From a virus (Duplodnaviria; Heunggongvirae; Uroviricota; Caudoviricetes): DNA of 64,000 nt. The translations under genes and the position numbers were made by a program. Below, one piece after another: positions 59,287 to 64,000 of this stretch (position 1 is its first letter; the number at the start of each line of letters is the position of its first letter). A model generated the notes under the pieces. It did no database searches and was not told the origin of the DNA. It saw nothing but the letters and a program-made list of their open reading frames with translations. The stretch is from IMG/VR virus record IMGVR_UViG_2878480445_000013, one strand, 5' to 3'.

Positions 59287-59828
59287 GCCTGCATCGCAAA
59301 CTGCTTTTTAACCGCAGCTTCGATCTCCTGCTTTTTCCTGGCCGAGGTCACACGGCAGAGCCGGCTGCACAGAACCATCTTGTCAATGGTCGTGATCTGC
59401 TCCACCAGCAGAATGGATTCTTCCAGACACTCATCCCGGAGCATTTCACAGTCTTTCTCGGTGACCGGAATGTGTACCGGCAGCTCCAGCTTCTTCAGCT
59501 TAGAACTCATCGGGATCGCCGTGATGATCGGGGAATTGCGGTTTGCCATATCGTTGCTGATAACCAGCACCGGACGGTTTCCGCTCTGAACCGAAGTGCC
59601 ATAATGATTTCCCAATTCTGCAAACCAGATTTCATACTGCTTCGGTATCTTTGTTGCCGGCCACTGATCTGCTGGCAACTCGTGAAACTGAGGTTCTTTC
59701 GATGTCAGTTTACAAGATGCCTCTGATCTGCGGTGCGGCTTTGTTTTTCCACGCTGATTGATGTATTTATTGACATGGATCTTGCGGCCGCGCTCTACCG
59801 GCCGGGCATTACTTTTCTTTCGTCCCAT
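59259..59828 (-). CDS. MazF/PemK-family endoribonuclease toxin-like protein with about 60-aa basic N-terminal extension (start uncertain)
   Basis: Core YEIWFAELGNHYGTSVQSGNRPVLVISNDMANRNSPIITAIPMSS...LPVHIPV...SILLVEQITTIDKMVL matches the PemK/MazF growth-inhibitor pattern. Confidence 0.55.
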   Translation of the reverse strand: MGRKKSNARPVERGRKIHVNKYINQRGKTKPHRRSEASCKLTSKEPQFHELPADQWPATKIPKQYEIWFAELGNHYGTSVQSGNRPVLVISNDMANRNSPIITAIPMSSKLKKLELPVHIPVTEKDCEMLRDECLEESILLVEQITTIDKMVLCSRLCRVTSARKKQEIEAAVKKQFAMQACTGREAQA

Positions 59829-60055
59829 CAGGATATCACCTCCATGTTGATAGCAAAAAGGCCGCCCAAGTTCACACTTTTAGGCGGCACAAAATGTAAA
59901 AAGGCGTAAAAAATACCGGACAGCATCTTCTGCTCCCGGATTTTCTGCGCCTTCGTTTCTCCTATTTTCCTAGTTTAAAGTATAGCAAAAAGCCAATGTA
60001 CGGTAAACTGGAAAAATGTTCATCTGCGTTCATTTAAGACCGCATCATGTTCAAA

Positions 60056-60508
60056 TCACAAAGAATTTTCCAGAATCTCCTCCAGCTTCTTCAAGTCGGC
60101 CTCAACAGGAGAAATATTGTCAGCCAGTTTTTGGATTCCGATTTTCTTATACTTTGTTGCCGTCGTTCTGGACATATACCGGTTCCGTCCTCCACGAATA
60201 GATTTGAGCGGTTTTCCCTCAACAAAATGCTGTATCAAAACCTGCTCGGCTTCATAAGGCAAAACCATTCTCATAGCTCTGTCTACTATTTTCAGCCATT
60301 TAATCGAAGCCTTGAATCCAGTCAGAGCTTTGTCTGCATATTCCTCATACATTTCGGTTTCTTTTGGATATTTGGCATCCGCAGCCATATCCAGATTATA
60401 CTTCCATACCTCCTCTGCCTTTTTTCCATCGGCCTTGATACGATTGTACTTTTTACAGACCTCCATTGCTGAAGCAATTTTCTTCTCCATAATTTCTTCT
60501 GCCTGCAT
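60056..60508 (-). CDS. sigma-70 region-4-type phage transcriptional regulator (ArpU/RinA-like late activator)
   Basis: C-terminus KPLKSIRGGRNRYMSRTTATKYKKIGIQKLA is a region-4-like HTH. This is the typical position upstream of the packaging module. Confidence 0.5.
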   Translation of the reverse strand: MQAEEIMEKKIASAMEVCKKYNRIKADGKKAEEVWKYNLDMAADAKYPKETEMYEEYADKALTGFKASIKWLKIVDRAMRMVLPYEAEQVLIQHFVEGKPLKSIRGGRNRYMSRTTATKYKKIGIQKLADNISPVEADLKKLEEILENSL

Positions 60509-60509
60509 A

Positions 60510-61027
60510 TTATGCCCCCTCCCTTCTCCAGCGAATCACAGCCGCAATTCCCTGCAAAGCATTTTCTTTTTCCCGGACTACGTTTCGACGGGTCAGATTG
60601 TTTCCATCTGCCCCTGTGATCTCCGACTGCTTCTTCCCATCTACAAACAGTTGCTCTGCCACAAGCCGGGTCTGTCCGCGCAGACTACGAAGTCCTATCT
60701 CGAAGAGTTCAATCTGTTCACAGACTTCATAGTAAGGTTCCAGAAACTGCTCAGTGCGCTGGGTCTGTACTTCCCGGTTCATGGATGCCAGCACCTTGTC
60801 ACAGTTCAGCACGGTGCGTTCCACCGGATTTGATGTACCACTGGTCTGTACGCGCTCGGATTCCTCATGTGCGCCCTGCGACAGCTATAGATGATCTCGT
60901 CCTTAGTATAAAACCAGGACCGGGAATCCTCGTACTGTTGCCGGAGCAGATCACGCCTGTGAACCAGAAGCCGATAGGAATCGGCCAGTTCCTTTGCCTG
61001 TGCCATATAATCCATCTCGTCTGCCAT
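60510..61027 (-). CDS. DUF1492-like sigma region-4 HTH phage regulator; frame break near 60830-60870
   Basis: ORF 60806..61027 (MADEMDYMAQAKELADSYRLLVHRRDLLRQQYEDSR...) continues in ORF 60510..60824 (...LVAEQLFVDGKKQSEITGADGNNLTRRNVVREKENALQGIAAV). Confidence 0.45.
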
Positions 61028-61066
61028 ACTGCACCTCCTGTTCTGGTCTGTTTATTTTTATCACGC

Positions 61067-61440
61067 AATGTCACCTAACGCCCGGATGTTCTCCGGAGTC
61101 AGAGCGGCACCGGCTTCCGTGAGCAGCTTCACGAGCTTTTTCATCTCGCGCTCCGCTTTCCGGTGCAGGTTTTCTGCCCTCCTCTTTCTACGCTCCACAG
61201 CTTCAACCTCACTCTTGCCTGCACACCAGAAATAAGTGTGCAGGCATCCAGATCCGTCAGCGTGTTGTACCAGTTGGAGTGAAAGAAACCTTCCAGCCTC
61301 TTTTTCTCAAACTGCGCATCCCGGTTGTTCGGATGGTCCTCCAGACGGAACAGTACGGTTTTGTAGTCCTTGACAGCCTGCAGGATGATTGCATTCGCCA
61401 GATTCTCGTAGCATTCCAGATTGTCTGCTGCCATTCCCAT
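61067..61440 (-). CDS. hypothetical phage protein; frame break near 61150-61200
   Basis: ORF 61141..61440 (MGMAADNLECYENLANAIILQAVKDYKTVLFRLEDHPNNRDAQFEKKRLEGFFHSNWYNTLTDLD...) continues in the adjacent frame as ...AENLHRKAEREMKKLVKLLTEAGAALTPENIRALGDIA* to about 61067. Confidence 0.4.
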
Positions 61441-62207
61441 CAGTCGTTCACCCTGCCCTTTCCTGAATCATGCGCTTTCGTGTCGTACCATGGTGCCGGC
61501 ACCTTCTGTCTATCCAATCCATACTTGAACATATAGATGGAATCCCATGCCGCCTCGTACATGCAGTCGATCAGTTTGCGGTTCGGCTCCGGCATCAGAG
61601 CTGCATTCCGCACAAACAGGTCAACAAAGTTTTCTTTTTCTTCCCTGTCTGTCACCAGACGGTGTTCCTTCGCGTCAATCAGGATCTCAGCAAAGCGATA
61701 GCATTTTCTCTTGTTCTGCTGAATCCAATCGAAACGCCAGGTAACCGCATCCAAAATCGTCTGTCTGGTATCCTCCGCTGTCAGCTTCGGTGCATCCGGG
61801 TGTTTTCCTGCTACCACTGCTTTCGCATAGCATTCCTCCGCACGGTCTTCCGCACAGAAACGCTTGTGGAACTGAAGCTCGTAAGATTTTGCCTGACACA
61901 TGAGCAGTTCGATCTCATGCTCATAGGCTTCCTTCGCCAGCATATCCTGTGTGACTCGCAGGTCAGAGGTCTTACGGGCAGGTGTTTCCCCGAAGATCGC
62001 ACACAACAGCCCGGTGCCACTGTACGGACGGAACATCGCATACGGTGTGAAAAATCCATCTCTGTTGCGCTTCCGCTTGCTGGTCTGCACATGCGGTGCA
62101 GTCATGTAGTGATATCGGTCGGTATCCAGAATGCCGTGAGAGTTCTTTCTCTCAGAGGCACGATCCTTTGCATTCAGAAACTTGTAATTGGTCGTATTCT
62201 TTTCCAT
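61440..62207 (-). CDS. hypothetical phage protein (255 aa)
   Basis: Intact ORF in the replication module. No domain recognised. Confidence 0.45.
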   Translation of the reverse strand: MEKNTTNYKFLNAKDRASERKNSHGILDTDRYHYMTAPHVQTSKRKRNRDGFFTPYAMFRPYSGTGLLCAIFGETPARKTSDLRVTQDMLAKEAYEHEIELLMCQAKSYELQFHKRFCAEDRAEECYAKAVVAGKHPDAPKLTAEDTRQTILDAVTWRFDWIQQNKRKCYRFAEILIDAKEHRLVTDREEKENFVDLFVRNAALMPEPNRKLIDCMYEAAWDSIYMFKYGLDRQKVPAPWYDTKAHDSGKGRVND

Positions 62208-62216
62208 AATCTTCTC

Positions 62217-63599
62217 CTATCTCCCCAGCTGCGCCTTGACTGCTGAGATCAGTTTTTCCTGTGTCATATCTTTCTGCTCCAAAGCGGCCATGACATCCTC
62301 GTCCACGGTGTCCTTGGTGATGATATGGTGAATCGTGACCACATCCGTCTGCCCCTGCCGCCAAAGTCTGGCATTGGTCTGCTGGTACAGTTCCAGACTC
62401 CATGTCAGTCCAAACCAGATCAGAATGTGTCCGCCCTGCTGGATATTCAGACCATGTCCAGCCGATGCCGGATGGATCAGAGCGACCGGGATATTCCCGG
62501 CATTCCAGTCCTTGATGTCGGTGCTGCTCTTGATATCCCGGACTTTGATTTTCAGCTTCGACAGATGGTTGATGATACGCTCCCGGTCATGCTTGAACCA
62601 GTATGCCACCAGCACCGGCTGTCCGTTGGCCGCTTCGATCAGGTCTTCGAGAGCTTCCAGCTTGTGGTCATGGATGACTCGTGCTTTGCCGTTCTCGTCA
62701 TAGACCGCGCCATTGCTCATCTGCAACAGCTTCCCTGTCAGTGATGCGGCATTGGCAGCATCTATGTCACCGTCTTTGAGCGGGATCAGCAAGTCCTTTC
62801 GGAGCATATCGTAGAGTTCCCGCTCCGGTGCGCTCATCTCCACCTCATACCGGCTTGGAATACAGTCCGGCATATGGAGATAATCCAGTGCTTTCATGGA
62901 GATTGTGATATCCGAGATCCTCTGGTAGATCAGCTCCTCTGCTCCTTCTCTGGGCTTGTATTGGAACACAACACCGGTGGATGGATTCATGGAAGAGGCC
63001 TTGAAATAAGCCTCCCTGTACCGGCCGATGAATTTACCGAGCCGCTCCCCTCCATCCAGAATCCCGATCTCCGCCCAAAGATCCATAAGACCATTGGAAG
63101 AAGGGGTACCGGTCAGCCCGACCCACCGCTTCACAAACGGTCGCACCTTTCGCAGAAACTTAAAACGCTGGGACTGGTAGTTCTTGAACGATGACAGCTC
63201 ATCGATCACAACCATGCCAAAATCCCAGCGCATTCCATTTTTCTCGTAATACTCCACCAGCCACTTGATGTTCTCCCGGTTGACGATGTAGATCATCGCC
63301 GGGTGGTGGACTGCCGCGATCCGGGTCTTGACATCTCCAACGATGACGGAAATGTCCAGCCCTTTCAGATGATCCCACTTTTCGATCTCTGCCGGCCATG
63401 TATCACGGGCCACACGCAGCGGCGCAATGATCAGGACCTTGCTGACCTCGAAGGTCTCCAGCATAAGGTCTTTGATGGCCGTCAATGTGATAACGGTCTT
63501 TCCTTAACCCAAGCCCATATCCAGAAAAAGGGCTGCGACCGGGTGTGTTTTGATATATTCTGTACAGTAGCTCTGATAATCATGTGGAATGAACTTCAT
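62217..63599 (-). CDS. SNF2-family DEAD/DEAH helicase; frame break near 63490-63510
   Basis: Start is MKFIPHDYQSYCTEYIKTHPVAALFLDMGLG (in ORF 63504..63887). It continues (K)TVITLTAIKDLM...VVIDELSSFKN...GLTGTP...HPASAGHGLNIQ...RLWRQGQTD in ORF 62217..63485. Confidence 0.7.
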
Positions 63600-64000
63600 T
63601 TGGGCATCACCTCCTCCCCGACATCCTGAGCCCGTGTTTCCGGCTCCTCGCTTTGTGTATTTCCCTGCGGCAGCGTAACTTCCGGCATCTCCGGGATCTT
63701 TGCACCGATTCCCTGGGGGATAGGCTCGCCCGTTTTCCAGCGAAGCAACGCATGAATAGCAGGCTGGATCTGTTCCGGGCGGTCTACGCAAAATACCGGA
63801 AAGCCCAGCGCCTCCAGCTGCTGTCTGCGTTTTCTCTGAAGGATACGCATCTGCTTTCCGGGTGCTTTCAGTTCCACAAACGCACACTTGCCGCCGAGCA
63901 ACAAAACCAGTCGATCCGGCACACCGTTCATGCTCTGGCTGGTAAATTTAAGGGCCTGCCCACCGGCGGCCCTGACTGCTTCCACAAACTGCTTTTCGAC
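63596..64000 (-). CDS. VRR-NUC domain nuclease (3' part; gene start lies beyond window end)
   Basis: GVPDRLVLLLGGKCAFVELKAPGKQMRILQRKRRQQLEALGFPVFCV is a VRR-NUC PD-(D/E)xK motif. The frame is open to position 64000. Confidence 0.6.
   Translation of the reverse strand, partial: VEKQFVEAVRAAGGQALKFTSQSMNGVPDRLVLLLGGKCAFVELKAPGKQMRILQRKRRQQLEALGFPVFCVDRPEQIQPAIHALLRWKTGEPIPQGIGAKIPEMPEVTLPQGNTQSEEPETRAQDVGEEVMPK

Noticed and set aside
59829-59935. 32-codon hydrophobic mini-ORF overlapping the MazF-like start
   Set aside because: No homology and no clear RBS. Too short to call. Mentioned only as a possible antitoxin or leader peptide.
1-64000. tRNA, rRNA, diversity-generating retroelement or CRISPR content
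   Set aside because: No cloverleaf-like conserved tRNA segments, rRNA-like stretches, reverse transcriptase gene or repeat-spacer arrays were recognised by eye. A tRNAscan or Infernal run would be the definitive check.

Overview
The window holds most of a temperate siphovirus-like phage or prophage of a Firmicutes (Clostridia-like) host, about 57% GC. Almost all genes lie on the minus strand in a single transcription direction. The element runs off both ends of the window. Order from high to low coordinates: (1) replication genes (VRR-NUC nuclease, SNF2 helicase, primase-helicase, MazF-like toxin); (2) sigma-like late regulators; (3) an accessory or anti-defence island with MetK (SAM synthetase), a plus-strand HigB/HigA pair, an HNH nuclease, Zn-ribbon proteins, a ParB-fused N6/N4 methyltransferase, a C5-cytosine methyltransferase, an amidoligase with two GGCT-like enzymes, DUF3846/DUF4314 proteins and about ten small ORFs that each sit behind a copy of the same promoter-leader cassette; (4) packaging and head genes (small and large terminase, portal, ClpP-like protease, HK97-type capsid); (5) head-tail joining genes, major tail protein, an SPFH/band-7 insertion, a tail assembly chaperone with an A_AAA_AAC programmed -1 frameshift, a low-GC AbiEi/XRE/nucleotidyltransferase insertion, a tape measure protein of about 1970 aa, Dit, Tal, and two paralogous tail-fibre sets carrying SGNH esterase domains; (6) lysis genes (holin, LysM protein, bifunctional amidase/glucosaminidase endolysin); (7) three tandem large serine recombinases next to a 50-bp imperfect palindrome that may be attP; (8) MerR-like and XRE regulators and a RepA-like ATPase. 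No rRNA, tRNA or CRISPR was seen. About 20 genes, many of them essential structural genes, are split by single-base frame breaks. Every break inspected at nucleotide level is repaired by inserting one base, which points to assembly deletion errors rather than decay. Features are therefore given as full-length genes and the breaks are noted.
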